Assembly: GCA_963816185.1 (NCBI GenBank)
Contig: CAWFJJ010000028.1
Coordinates: 416,001-480,000 of the forward strand
Direction: 5' to 3'
DNA length: 64,000 nucleotides
Origin: Thermoanaerobaculia bacterium
GTDB lineage: Bacteria > Acidobacteriota > Thermoanaerobaculia > UBA5066
Below, piece by piece: positions 37,526 to 47,779 of this stretch. Every line of letters starts with the position of its first letter. Position 1 is the first letter of the stretch. Both the position numbers and the translations under genes were made by a program. Below the pieces are notes generated by a model. The model saw nothing but the letters and a program-made list of their open reading frames with translations. It was not told the origin of the DNA and searched no databases.

Positions 37526-39924
37526 CGCGCGTCGCGCTTCTCCTTCCCAACCGTTTCCCCGGGCTGCCGAGCTACCGGGTGCCGGAGGACGTCGGGCCGC
37601 TGGTGCCTGGCGCGCGCGTGGCCGCGCCGTTCGGAAGCGCGCTCGCGACCGGCCTCGTGGTCTCGCTGGACCCTCCGCCCGCGCCCGAAGGCACGGTGGA
37701 GCGGGACGTCGTCGCGGCGTTCGACGACACGCCTTTTCTTCCGGAGCGGCTCGTCAGCGTTCTCGTGCGCGCCGCCGCGTATTATCTCGTCCCGCCGGGC
37801 GAGATCCTGCGGTCCGCGGTTCCCGCGCGCCTCCTCGCGGCCTCCGAAGCGGTCTACGTGCCCACCGGGAGGGCCGTCGGCGCCTCGGCGGAAGGTGTCA
37901 CGGGGAAGATCCTCGGCATGCTTCTCGAAGCGGGGGAGGCACGCCTTCCCGAGCTCGCGGAGCGCGTCGGACGAAAGGGCCTCGCTTCGGCGCTCAAGCA
38001 GCTCCTCGCCGACGGCCTCGTGAGGATCCGTTCCGAAAAGCTGCGGGCCGCCGCCGCTCCCTCGGATCGAGCGTGGGTCGCGCGGCCCGCGCCGGCAGAC
38101 CACCCCGCGCTCGCGCGTTCTTCGAAGCGGCGCGCGCTTCACGCACATCTCCTCGCGCTGGCCCGGCCCGCGTCCAGCGAGGAGCTGCGGGCCGCGGGAG
38201 CCTCGCCTTCCGTCCTCGCAGCCCTCGAGAAGGCAGGGCTCGTCTCCCGCGTCGAGATCGAGCGCCGCGCGGATCTCGCGCGGCATGTCGGCGCGTTCTC
38301 CGCAGATCGCAGGCCGATCCCCACTCCCGCACAGCGCACGGCGATCGAAGCGATCTCCGGGAGCGTCCGCGCAGGAGGCTCCCGGGAATTTCTCCTCGAC
38401 GGCGTCACCGGAAGCGGAAAGACCGAGGTTTACCTCGCCGCCCTGGAGGCCGCCCGGGAGGCGGGCCGGCGCGGGATCCTCCTCGTGCCCGAGATCGCGC
38501 TCGCGCCGGCGCTCGTGCGGCGGCTCGTCGCGCGCTTCGGCGACCGGATCTCGCTCCTCCACAGCGGCCTGTCCGACGGCGAGCGGGCGGCGGAGTGGGA
38601 GCGCGCGCGCCGCGGAGACGTGGACGCGGTCGTAGGGCCGCGTTCGGCGGTCTTCGCGCCGCTGCCGGATCTCGGCCTCGTCGTCCTCGACGAAGCGCAC
38701 GACGCCGCTTACAAACAGGGTGAGTCACCGCGATATGACGCGCGCGCCGTGGCGCGCGTCCGAGCTCACGAAGAGGACGCCACGCTCGTTTTCGGCTCGG
38801 CGACGCCGTCGATGGAGCTGGAGCGCGCCGCCCGCGAAGGCCGCCTCCCGCGCCTCGCCTTGCCGGAAAGGCCGGGCGCCCGGCCCCGCGCGACGGTCGA
38901 AGTCGTCGATCTCAGAAACGAGACCGCGCGCGAGGGGGATCACGGGCGAATCCTCTTCGCATCACGGACGGCGGAGATCCTCTCGAAGTGCTTCGAAAGG
39001 GGAGAGCAGGCGATCCTCCTTCTCAACCGGCGCGGGTTTTCGCCGAGCTTGCTCTGCCGGGCGTGCGGCGAGGACTTCCGGTGCGCGAACTGCTCGGTGG
39101 CGCGCACGTACCACCGGCGTCACGAGAGGCTGCTCTGCCACTACTGCGGCAACGAAATCGCCCGACCTGCGGCGTGTCCGTCGTGCGGGTCCGGGGTTCT
39201 CATGCCGATCGGCTTCGGGACCGAGCGCCTGGCCGAACGCTTCGAGGAGCGCTTCCCCGGTATTCCCTACGCCGTCCTGGACCGTGACGCAGCCGCACGC
39301 CGCGGCGGCGCCGCGGGCGTGCTCATGGACTTCGAGGCCGGACGCTCGCAGGCGCTCCTCGGCACGCAGATGGTCGCCAAGGGCCACGACTTTCCGAACG
39401 CGACGGCGCTTGCCGTGCTGGATGCGGACGCGCTTCTCTCCTTTCCCGACTTCCGCGCAGCGGAGCGGACGTTCCAGCTCGTCACTCAGGCCGCGGGGCG
39501 CGTGGGCCGAGGCGACCGGCCCGGCACCGTCGCCGTGCAGACGGCCCGGCCGGACCACGAGGCGATCCGCGCCGCCGTGAGCCAGGATCATCCGTCGTTC
39601 GCGGACGCCGAGCTGCGCTTTCGGAAGGCGTTCCGCTATCCGCCGTACACGCGTCTCCTCCTCGCGCTCTTCGCCCACGCCGACCTTTCGAAAGCGCACG
39701 CGGCCGCGGGAGCGGCGTTCAGGGCGCTCGCCTCCGCCGAAGTCGCGCGGGAGATCCGCATCCTCGGGCCCGCCCCGGCCCCGATCGAGAGGCTGAAAGG
39801 CGTCTGGCGCTACCACCTTCTCGTCAAGGCCGAGCGCCGCGAGGCGATCGCGGAAGCCGGGCATTTCCTCGCGGCGCTGCCGGACCCCCCGCGCCTCGAC
39901 ATCGACCCGCAGAACCTGCTCTAG
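37522..39924 (+). CDS. priA: Primosomal protein N'
   Basis: GVTGSGKTEVY, LVPEIAL, DEAHD..YKQ, SATPS, four CxxC, GTQMVAKGHDFP, QAAGRVGR. Confidence 0.96.
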   Translation: MTRVALLLPNRFPGLPSYRVPEDVGPLVPGARVAAPFGSALATGLVVSLDPPPAPEGTVERDVVAAFDDTPFLPERLVSVLVRAAAYYLVPPGEILRSAVPARLLAASEAVYVPTGRAVGASAEGVTGKILGMLLEAGEARLPELAERVGRKGLASALKQLLADGLVRIRSEKLRAAAAPSDRAWVARPAPADHPALARSSKRRALHAHLLALARPASSEELRAAGASPSVLAALEKAGLVSRVEIERRADLARHVGAFSADRRPIPTPAQRTAIEAISGSVRAGGSREFLLDGVTGSGKTEVYLAALEAAREAGRRGILLVPEIALAPALVRRLVARFGDRISLLHSGLSDGERAAEWERARRGDVDAVVGPRSAVFAPLPDLGLVVLDEAHDAAYKQGESPRYDARAVARVRAHEEDATLVFGSATPSMELERAAREGRLPRLALPERPGARPRATVEVVDLRNETAREGDHGRILFASRTAEILSKCFERGEQAILLLNRRGFSPSLLCRACGEDFRCANCSVARTYHRRHERLLCHYCGNEIARPAACPSCGSGVLMPIGFGTERLAERFEERFPGIPYAVLDRDAAARRGGAAGVLMDFEAGRSQALLGTQMVAKGHDFPNATALAVLDADALLSFPDFRAAERTFQLVTQAAGRVGRGDRPGTVAVQTARPDHEAIRAAVSQDHPSFADAELRFRKAFRYPPYTRLLLALFAHADLSKAHAAAGAAFRALASAEVAREIRILGPAPAPIERLKGVWRYHLLVKAERREAIAEAGHFLAALPDPPRLDIDPQNLL

Positions 39925-40859
39925 CGGCGGATCTCGAGGACGAGATAGGGGTTCAGGGCCGTGCCGGCAATCCACGTGAAGCCGGGTACGGACATCAGCG
40001 CGAAGAAGGCCTTCATCGGGGAACCGAAAAGGTGGCCGTACCAGTGCGCGCCAACCTGGTTGAAGCGCAGACGGCGATGAGGCGACCGAACGGAGACACG
40101 GTACGCGGGCTCGAGGGATCTCGCGAGCGCGGCGATCTCCCTCACTTTCGGAAGAAATCCTTCGAAGGGCGAATGCCATCGCGCTCCACCGGCGCTCGGG
40201 CCGTGCCAGAAGTCGATGGGGAAGGCGCCGTTCGGGAAGTCGAGGTAGAGGACGCCGCCGGGCGCGAGGACTCGAACGAGGCCGGCCACGAAAGCGGTGC
40301 GTCGCGCGTCACGGTCGGCGAGCGGAGCCACCTCGTAGAGTCCAGGGCCCCCACGCTCGTCGACGCCGATATGTTCGAGAACGCCCGAGCAGACCACTGC
40401 GTCGAAGCAGCCATCGGGAAAGGGAAGGCGGAGCCCGTCCGCGACGACGAGACGGTCCCGGCGCTCTCTGGTGCGCCATTGCCACTTGCGGAAGGCTGAG
40501 AGGTCGTGTCCCCAGGCTTCGAAGCCTGCTTCCGAAAGAAGGTCGATCGCCTCGCCGTTCCCGCAGCCCGAGTCGAGAACGCGCCGTGCGCTCGTCGAAC
40601 GCAGGAGCGGCAGGTAGTAGTCCTCGATCCGCCGACCCGCGTTCTCGTTCTCGTATCCGCGACGTGCCTCGTCGGAGAGGGACGCAGGGTCCGGGTGGTC
40701 GTCGAAGTACTGCCGCCCGGAAAAATCGGCGATCCCGTCGTCGACGGGAAACGCGCGACCGCACGACGCGCACGTCAATGCGGTCGCGGAGGCGGAGAGC
40801 GCGCCATGGCAGGCAGGGCACACCAGGTCCACGCGCGCAACGGCCCTGCTGTCTTTCAT
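39921..40859 (-). CDS. Class I SAM-dependent methyltransferase with N-terminal Trm112-like Zn finger
   Basis: LVCPACH..LTCASCGRAFPVDDGI; VLDSGCGNG; LPFPDGCFDAVV..VLEH. Confidence 0.85.
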   Translation of the reverse strand: MKDSRAVARVDLVCPACHGALSASATALTCASCGRAFPVDDGIADFSGRQYFDDHPDPASLSDEARRGYENENAGRRIEDYYLPLLRSTSARRVLDSGCGNGEAIDLLSEAGFEAWGHDLSAFRKWQWRTRERRDRLVVADGLRLPFPDGCFDAVVCSGVLEHIGVDERGGPGLYEVAPLADRDARRTAFVAGLVRVLAPGGVLYLDFPNGAFPIDFWHGPSAGGARWHSPFEGFLPKVREIAALARSLEPAYRVSVRSPHRRLRFNQVGAHWYGHLFGSPMKAFFALMSVPGFTWIAGTALNPYLVLEIRR

Positions 40860-40919
40860 TCTCAGAAATCTCTCTTCGGAGCTTGACCCGGGAGAGCCGC
40901 GCTGTCGAGCGACCTCCCG

Positions 40920-40986
40920 TCCCCTCTGTTACAGTCTCCAAGTGGCGAACGAAGCCCAGTTCGAAGCGCCGATCCAGCGCGTGCGG
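40920..40986 (+). repeat. 67-bp direct repeat, copy 1 (duplicate of the accA promoter and first 15 codons)
   Basis: Matches 42240-42306 except for 2 nt. Confidence 0.95.
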
Positions 40987-41017
40987 AGGTGACGATCGCG
41001 CCCATGGCCTTGGACGA

Positions 41018-42325
41018 ATGACGGAAAGCCAGCCAAAAAGATGGCGGCTGGCAATCTTCGCCGTGGCCTTCGCAGTCCGTATCGGCGCGATCGGTTTTCA
41101 CGGCCCCGAGGAAGTTGTCTTCGGTGACGGACGCGACTATCTCGCGACGGCGAGTCACCTGTGCCGGGAACACGCATATCCGGATCGCGGGAGTCTTCCG
41201 TTCTTTCGCGCGCCGCTCCTTCCTTTCTTCATCTCGGCGACGACGTTGTGTCACCCGGAGCGCGTCGTTTCGGTCAAGGTGGCGCTTGCCGCGTGCGATT
41301 CGGGCACCGCGCTCATCATCGGCGAGATCGCCTTCCTTCTCTTCGGGTCGTCCGGGGCGGCAACAGTTGCAGCTCTTCTCGCAGCCCTTGATCCGTTCTT
41401 CGTCTTAAGCGTCGGTGACGTCAGGACTGAACCACTCTTCATGTTCTTCCTGACCGTGGCGATTTGGTGCTTCCTTCGAGCACTTCGCGGCGGCAAGGCC
41501 GTGAGCGCTCTGCTCTGCGGGGCCGCATTCGCGCTCGCTTCGCTCACGCGGCCCGCCGGGCTCGCGGCGCTCACGTTCGCCGGCATCACGTTACTGTTCT
41601 CCCGAGGAATCAGAAGGATGCGGTGGAAGGACGCGGGGGCGCTCGGGGTCGGAGCAGCGATCGCGTTGCTCCCGTGGATCACGCGCAATGCGCTGCGCTA
41701 CCACGAGCTGATCGTCGTGAACGACGCCGCGGGCTTCAGCTTCTGGCGTGGCTCGCACCCCGAGATGGATCGCATCGCGCGCATCCGGGACGCCGCGGAG
41801 TATCGTCGCGCGGCTCTCGCATTCGAGACCGTGTTGACCCCAGCAGTCGCGCGCACGATCGCGACGCCTGGTCGGTCACCGCAAGAACGAAGCCGCGCGT
41901 GGTTCGCCGCGGGGCTCGAGAACGTGAGTCAGGACCCGGCGGAGGCGATGCGATTCGCATGTCAGAAGGCCTGGCGGTATTGGCGCCCCTGGGTCAATCC
42001 TCAGGAGCACGGAAGGGCTGCCATTGCGGGCAGCGCGGTCCTTAACATTCTGCTTTATGGCCTTGCCGCGATTGGTCTCGCCCGCTACTGGGAGCGAGAT
42101 CGATTCGTCACCGGCTGGGTCATCGGCTACTTTCTCGTCATCTGGCTTGCTCACGTCCCGCATCAGGTCGTCATGCGATTTCGGATCCCCTTCACGGATC
42201 CGCTGATGGTCGCGTTCGCTGCAAGCGCCGTGATTCACTTCCCCTCTGTTACAGTCTCCGGGTGGCGAACGAAGCCCAGTTCGAAGCGCCGATCCAGCGC
42301 GTGCGGCGACGGCTCGAAGAGCTGA
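41018..42325 (+). CDS. GT-C fold membrane glycosyltransferase (ArnT/PMT-like)
   Basis: DGRDY, FRAPLLPFF, VRTEPLF, LTRP, LLPWITRN, RFRIP; polytopic membrane protein. Confidence 0.82.
   Translation: MTESQPKRWRLAIFAVAFAVRIGAIGFHGPEEVVFGDGRDYLATASHLCREHAYPDRGSLPFFRAPLLPFFISATTLCHPERVVSVKVALAACDSGTALIIGEIAFLLFGSSGAATVAALLAALDPFFVLSVGDVRTEPLFMFFLTVAIWCFLRALRGGKAVSALLCGAAFALASLTRPAGLAALTFAGITLLFSRGIRRMRWKDAGALGVGAAIALLPWITRNALRYHELIVVNDAAGFSFWRGSHPEMDRIARIRDAAEYRRAALAFETVLTPAVARTIATPGRSPQERSRAWFAAGLENVSQDPAEAMRFACQKAWRYWRPWVNPQEHGRAAIAGSAVLNILLYGLAAIGLARYWERDRFVTGWVIGYFLVIWLAHVPHQVVMRFRIPFTDPLMVAFAASAVIHFPSVTVSGWRTKPSSKRRSSACGDGSKS
42240..42306 (+). repeat. 67-bp direct repeat, copy 2 (native accA 5' end)
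   Basis: Lies exactly 1320 bp after copy 1. Confidence 0.95.
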
Positions 42326-43212
42326 AGAGCTTCGCGGAGAGCCCCGCGCGCACCCGGGAGGTCGAGAAGCTCGAGGAGAAGCTCAGGAAGCTCTCCCGCG
42401 AGATCTACGAGAATCTCACGCCCTGGCAGAAGACCCTCGTGGCTCGGCACCCGAACCGGCCGTTCACGCTCGACTACGTGCGCATCCTCGTCCGGGATTT
42501 CGTGGAATGGCACGGCGACCGGTCCTTCGCGGACGATCCGTCGATCGTCGCAGGGTTCGGGTTTCTCGGCGCGCGTGCGGTGGCCGTCATCGGACACCAG
42601 AAGGGCCGCGACACGCGGGAGAAAATCCGACGCAATTTCGGGATGCCGCGCCCCGAAGGCTACCGTAAGGCGCTCCGGGTGATGAAGCTCGCCGAGAAGT
42701 TCCGCAAGCCCGTCCTCTCGTTCATCGACACGCCGGGCGCTTTCCCCGGCCTGGAAAGCGAGGAGCGCGGCGTCGCCGAAGCGATCGCCCGGAATCTCCT
42801 CGAGATGTCGGCGCTTCGCACCCCGATCGTGGTGACGGTCATCGGCGAGGGCGGCTCCGGCGGGGCGCTCGGCATCGGCATCGGCGACGTCGTCCTCATG
42901 CTCGAGCACTCGGTCTACTCCGTGATCTCGCCCGAGGGCTGCGCCGCGATTCTCTGGAAGGATCAGGCCCGCGCCCAGGAGGCGGCCGAAGCGATGCGGC
43001 TGACAGCCGCGGATTGCAGGGCGCTGGGCGTGATCGACGAGGTGCTGCCAGAGCCTCCGGGCGGAGCGCATGCAGACCCTGTCGCGACCATCGATACGGT
43101 CGGCCGGGCGATCGACGAACGGCTGGAGCGCCTCACGAGCCTTCCCATCGAGACGCTCCTCGAGGCGCGCTACGCGAAATTCCGCGCCATGGGAGCCTGG
43201 GAGAGCGCGTGA
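42262..43212 (+). CDS. accA: Acetyl-CoA carboxylase carboxyltransferase alpha subunit
   Basis: LTPWQ..ARHPNRP, HGDR..DD, RNFGMPRPEGYRKA, GEGGSGGAL, YSVISPEGCAAILWK. Confidence 0.97.
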   Translation: MANEAQFEAPIQRVRRRLEELKSFAESPARTREVEKLEEKLRKLSREIYENLTPWQKTLVARHPNRPFTLDYVRILVRDFVEWHGDRSFADDPSIVAGFGFLGARAVAVIGHQKGRDTREKIRRNFGMPRPEGYRKALRVMKLAEKFRKPVLSFIDTPGAFPGLESEERGVAEAIARNLLEMSALRTPIVVTVIGEGGSGGALGIGIGDVVLMLEHSVYSVISPEGCAAILWKDQARAQEAAEAMRLTAADCRALGVIDEVLPEPPGGAHADPVATIDTVGRAIDERLERLTSLPIETLLEARYAKFRAMGAWESA

Positions 43213-44969
43213 ACGCCCGGGCGCGCACGCCGCGTCTCGTGCGGCGCCAACTTCGGCCCCAGCATCCCGACGCGGCGGGTCGTCTCTGCCGGGAGCTCGG
43301 ACTGCCCGCGGCCGCGGCGCGCGTCCTGGTCGCGCGCGGGTTTGAGGACGTCGAATCCGCGCGCACCCATCTCTCTCCGGCGGCGGACGCGCTTCACGAC
43401 CCTTTCGCGATGGCAGGCCTGCCGGCCGCCGTCGAGCGCCTCGCTTCGACCGCCCGGCGCGGCGGGCGCGTCGTCGTCTTCGGCGATTACGACTGCGACG
43501 GCGTGGGCGCGCTCGCGATTCTCGCGACCGCCCTCGGAAAGCTGGGCGCCGACGTGCGCCCCTTCATCCCGCATCGGCTGCACGACGGCTACGGCCTTCG
43601 TGCCTCGACTCTCCGGCGGGCGCTCGAGCAGCACGATCCGGAGGGAATCGTGACGGTGGACTGCGGCATCACGGCCGTGGACACCGTCGCCGAGGCCACC
43701 GGGCGCGGCGTCTACGTCGTCGTCACCGATCATCACCTGCCTCCGGCCGCGCTCCCGGAAGGCGCGGTGCTCGTGGACCCGAAGCTGCCGGGCTGCCGTT
43801 ACCCCTTCAAGGAGCTGTGCGGCGCCGGTCTCGCCTGGAAGCTGGCCGAAGCCCTCTTCATTCACTCGGGCGAGCGCGTCGGAATGAACGGCCCGGCCCG
43901 CCGCCGCTGGCTCGCCTCTCTCGCGAAGATCGCGGCGCTCTCGACGGTCGCCGACATGGTGCCGCTCACGGGAGAGAACCGTGTCCTCGTCGCATGGGGC
44001 CTCGCGGGCCTCGCGGATCCTCGCGCTCCCGGGCTCGCCGCTCTTCTCCGACGCGCCGGAGTTCCCGCCGGGCGCGCTCCCTCGACGCGCGAGGTCGCCT
44101 TCCGGATCGCGCCCCGCCTCAACGCCATGGGGCGCCTCGACCACGCGGCTCGAGCTTTCGAGCTCCTGACGACCTCCGATGCCGCGCGGGCGGAGGTTCT
44201 CGCAAACGAGATCGACGCCGCGAACGACGAACGGCGCGCGGTGCAGGAGCGCGTCGTCGACGCCGTCCTGAGCCGGCTCGCCGGCCGCTTCGACCCGGCT
44301 CGGGACGCCATCGTCGTGGAAGCGGGGGAGGCGGCGGACGGCTGGCACCGCGGCGTGCTCGGGATCGCGGCCTCGCGCGTCGCGAAGGAGCTGGCACGCC
44401 CCGCTCTCCTTCTTGCCCGCGAGGGGGACGTCGTGTCGGGGAGCGGGCGCACACACGGAAGGACGCCTCTCTTCGCGCGGCTCGCGCCCGTGGCGAAGCG
44501 TTACACGTCCGAGTTCGGCGGTCACGCCGCCGCGCTCGGCCTCACTCTTCCCGCGGCTTCCTTCGAGGCTTTCCGCGACGACTTGCGGACGGCTTTCGCC
44601 GAGGCGCGGGACGAAGACGAGTGGGTCGAAGAGCTGATCGTCGATACGGACGTGGAGGCGCCCGAGGCCGACGATTCCCTCGCGCACGCGCTGGCACGGC
44701 TCGAGCCGCACGGGCAGGAGAATCCGAAGCCGCTTCTTCGCTTTCAGGGGATGGAGTGGGACGGCCGCGGCCGGGCCGTCGGCGAGCGGGGGCTGCGCGT
44801 CTCGCTCTCGTCGAACGGGCGGCGCATGGATGCCGTGGGCTGGACGCTCGCCGACATCCCGCCCGCCGCCCGCGCCGGCCGAGTGGACGTGGCCGGGAAT
44901 CTCGCGATCGACTCGTACACGGGACGGCCCGCCCTCACGATCGTCGACCTCTTGCCGGTTGCAGGATGA
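43209..44969 (+). CDS. recJ: Single-stranded-DNA exonuclease RecJ
   Basis: GDYDCDG, TVDCGI, TDHH, ADMVPL.GENR, PRLNAMGRL, GSGR, GGH. Confidence 0.93.
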   Translation: MNARARTPRLVRRQLRPQHPDAAGRLCRELGLPAAAARVLVARGFEDVESARTHLSPAADALHDPFAMAGLPAAVERLASTARRGGRVVVFGDYDCDGVGALAILATALGKLGADVRPFIPHRLHDGYGLRASTLRRALEQHDPEGIVTVDCGITAVDTVAEATGRGVYVVVTDHHLPPAALPEGAVLVDPKLPGCRYPFKELCGAGLAWKLAEALFIHSGERVGMNGPARRRWLASLAKIAALSTVADMVPLTGENRVLVAWGLAGLADPRAPGLAALLRRAGVPAGRAPSTREVAFRIAPRLNAMGRLDHAARAFELLTTSDAARAEVLANEIDAANDERRAVQERVVDAVLSRLAGRFDPARDAIVVEAGEAADGWHRGVLGIAASRVAKELARPALLLAREGDVVSGSGRTHGRTPLFARLAPVAKRYTSEFGGHAAALGLTLPAASFEAFRDDLRTAFAEARDEDEWVEELIVDTDVEAPEADDSLAHALARLEPHGQENPKPLLRFQGMEWDGRGRAVGERGLRVSLSSNGRRMDAVGWTLADIPPAARAGRVDVAGNLAIDSYTGRPALTIVDLLPVAG

Positions 44970-46984
44970 GGCCCCCCCGGCGGATCGCCCGAGCGTCGGT
45001 CGCGGCCGCCGCGGCCGCGTTCACGCTTGCCGTCCTCCTCTCGTACCGAAAGCCCGGCGCCCGCACGGAGGGCGCCCGCGACCCCGTGGCCGAGACACTG
45101 CTCCGCGAAGCCGGCGGCAAGCGCGACACGATGCGCTTCCGGGACTTCCAGTACGACGAGACCCGTGCTTCCGAAGGCCGTTACCGCGTGCGCGCGTCCG
45201 AGGCGGTGAAGTTCGAGGAGAAGGGAGAGAAGCTCTTTCGACTCAAGGATGTCGTCTTCGAGTCACAGGAGGGCGGCGGAGCGCCGGTCGTGTCCGTACG
45301 GGCTCCACGTGCGGAGCTCGTCGAGGGATCGCGTGCCTTCCGCGTCTTCGACGACGTGCGGATCGAGGGCGAGGATACGAGCGTGAGAGCGTCCTCGTTC
45401 CGATACGAGCCCGCGCAGCGAGTCCTCGCCTCGGAAGGCGCCGTGGCCGCGCTCCGTGCGGGCCTCGTCGCGCACGCCGCCTCGGGCCGGCTCGACGTGC
45501 GCGACGGACGCCTCATGCTCGACGGGGAGGCGCGCCTGCGAGGGCGAGAGCAGGGCGGGCGCGCCTTCGACCTCGCCGCTCCACACGTGGTCCTCTCACG
45601 GAACGGGAAGATGGAGGCGGCGGGCGGCATCATCCTGAAGACGGATCGTTTCGTTCTCCGGAGCGATGCCGTGTCCCGGCTCGAAGAGGCGGGCGGGAGC
45701 CTCCTGAAGGCCATGTCGAATGCGTTCCTTCTCGTGCTTCGGGACGACGACCATCCTCCGGCGGCGCTCACCGCGCAGGGGAATGTTCTCGAGATGAAGG
45801 TCGATGCTCACGGACAGCCCGCTACGCTCGCGGCGGAAGGCCTTGGGGACGTTCCTGCGCGTCTCGATCTCGGACCCACGGCTGAGGCGGGGGCCCGGCG
45901 CGCCCGTGCACCCCGTTTCTCGGGACGATTCGAGAACGGGCGCTTTCGCGAGCTCGACGTGCCCGCGCACCTCGATGCCGCCGAAACCAGCCGTGCCGGG
46001 GGCCCGCCCGGGTCCGGCTTGCGAACGCTCGTGGCAGGCTTCGCGCGCGTTCTCTTCCAGGATGACGGGCGCTCGATCGACACGGCGACGTTCGAGAACG
46101 GAGTGGAAGCGGCGGACGGTACGCGGGCGGTTCTGCGAGCGCCGCACGGGACCCTGCGGGGGCGCGACGAGACCGCCGTCTTCTCAGGTGAGGCGAACGT
46201 TCCCGCCCGTTACCGCGACGAACGGGGCGCGATCGCAGCCCGAGCGCTCTCGTGGAATGCCCGCGAGGAACGCCTGGACGCCGCAGGGTCCGTGAAAACG
46301 TCGTACCTGCCGGTGGCCGGACGTCCCGGCCTTCTGGGCGGTGACGGGAAGAGCCCGTTCTTTTCGGAGTCCGACACCTTGCTTTTCCTCAACCGGGCCG
46401 AGAAGCTCAGCCTCCGCGGCTCCGTCCGCGCGTGGCAGAACGAGAACGTCCTGCGTTGCGGGAGCCTCGAGGTGGACGACGCGGCGAAGACGCTGAGGGC
46501 AGAACAAAAAGTGCAGGCGTTCTTCCGGCGCGAGACGACGCCCGTGAAAGGGACCCGGCCGCCGCCCGGCGAACACGCGGGTGAGACCGTGAACGCAACG
46601 GGTGACGTTCTCATCCACCGCGAGGAGGACCGCTCCGTCCGTCTCGAAGGGCATGCGACGATGACGTCCGGAACGTGGACGATGAGCTCCGACGTCACGG
46701 ATATCCGCCTCGCGCCGGACCGCGCCATCGAGTACACCGAGGCGCGGGGAGCCGTCGTCGTGGAGGACCGCGCGCAGCACAGGCGCGGCGAGGGCTCGAA
46801 GGCGATCTGGCGGCCCCAGACCGAGGCCGTCACGCTCGAGGGAACGCCGGCGACCGCGCTGGATGGAAAGGGAAACCGCTCGACGGGCGCGGTCCTGACG
46901 TTCCGGCAGGGACGCTCCGAGGTGGACGTGGAGACGGACCGGTCGGTGCCGACCGAGACCATCCTCAAGCCGGAGGGCTCGTGA
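44966..46984 (+). CDS. Long LptC/LptA (OstA-like) LPS transport periplasmic protein
   Basis: N-terminal anchor followed by repeated beta-jellyroll-like segments; directly upstream of lptB. Confidence 0.7.
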   Translation: MRPPRRIARASVAAAAAAFTLAVLLSYRKPGARTEGARDPVAETLLREAGGKRDTMRFRDFQYDETRASEGRYRVRASEAVKFEEKGEKLFRLKDVVFESQEGGGAPVVSVRAPRAELVEGSRAFRVFDDVRIEGEDTSVRASSFRYEPAQRVLASEGAVAALRAGLVAHAASGRLDVRDGRLMLDGEARLRGREQGGRAFDLAAPHVVLSRNGKMEAAGGIILKTDRFVLRSDAVSRLEEAGGSLLKAMSNAFLLVLRDDDHPPAALTAQGNVLEMKVDAHGQPATLAAEGLGDVPARLDLGPTAEAGARRARAPRFSGRFENGRFRELDVPAHLDAAETSRAGGPPGSGLRTLVAGFARVLFQDDGRSIDTATFENGVEAADGTRAVLRAPHGTLRGRDETAVFSGEANVPARYRDERGAIAARALSWNAREERLDAAGSVKTSYLPVAGRPGLLGGDGKSPFFSESDTLLFLNRAEKLSLRGSVRAWQNENVLRCGSLEVDDAAKTLRAEQKVQAFFRRETTPVKGTRPPPGEHAGETVNATGDVLIHREEDRSVRLEGHATMTSGTWTMSSDVTDIRLAPDRAIEYTEARGAVVVEDRAQHRRGEGSKAIWRPQTEAVTLEGTPATALDGKGNRSTGAVLTFRQGRSEVDVETDRSVPTETILKPEGS

Positions 46985-47718
46985 ACGCGACCGGGCCGGT
47001 CCTCGACGCGCAGAACCTCTCCAAAGCCTATCGGGGACGCACCGTGGTCAACGGCGTGTCGATCCTCGTCACGGCGGGAGAAGTCGTGGGTCTCCTCGGT
47101 CCGAACGGAGCGGGAAAGACCACGACATTCTCGATCGTCGTCGGGCTCGTCGAACCTGATGCCGGCTCGGTCCTTCTCGACGGGCAGGACATCACGACCC
47201 TTCCGATGTACCGCAGGGCGAGGCGCGGCCTCGGCTATCTCCCTCAGGAAGCGTCGATCTTCCGCAAGATGACCGCCCTCGAGAACCTGGTCGCGATTCT
47301 CGAGACTCTTCCCGGGAACCGAGCGGCGCGCGAGGAGACCGCCCGGGGCCTTCTCGACCGCTTCAATCTCTCGCACCTCGCCCATGCCGTGGCCGACACT
47401 CTTTCGGGAGGAGAGCGGCGCCGGCTCGAGATCGCGCGGGCCTTGACGCTGTCGCCCCGCATCATGCTCCTCGACGAGCCTTTCGCCGGCATCGACCCGA
47501 TCACCGTGCTCGACGTCCAGCACGTGATCCGGGACCTCGCGGCCGCCGGGATCGGAGTCCTCATCACCGACCACAACGTGCGGGATACGCTCGCGATCGT
47601 GGACCGCGGCTACATCATCCACACGGGCGCCATCTTCCGGGCAGGCTCTCCCGCCGAGCTCTCCTCGGACCCCGAAGTGCGCCGCGTCTATCTCGGCGAA
47701 CGCTTCCGGCTCGACTGA
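46981..47718 (+). CDS. lptB: LPS export ABC transporter ATP-binding protein
   Basis: [54 protein letters not shown]. Confidence 0.97.
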   Translation: MNATGPVLDAQNLSKAYRGRTVVNGVSILVTAGEVVGLLGPNGAGKTTTFSIVVGLVEPDAGSVLLDGQDITTLPMYRRARRGLGYLPQEASIFRKMTALENLVAILETLPGNRAAREETARGLLDRFNLSHLAHAVADTLSGGERRRLEIARALTLSPRIMLLDEPFAGIDPITVLDVQHVIRDLAAAGIGVLITDHNVRDTLAIVDRGYIIHTGAIFRAGSPAELSSDPEVRRVYLGERFRLD

Positions 47719-47779
47719 GCGCCGAGGCGCGGGGCTAGAATCAACACGGCCCCCGGCTGACGGGAGCTCCGGTAAAACA

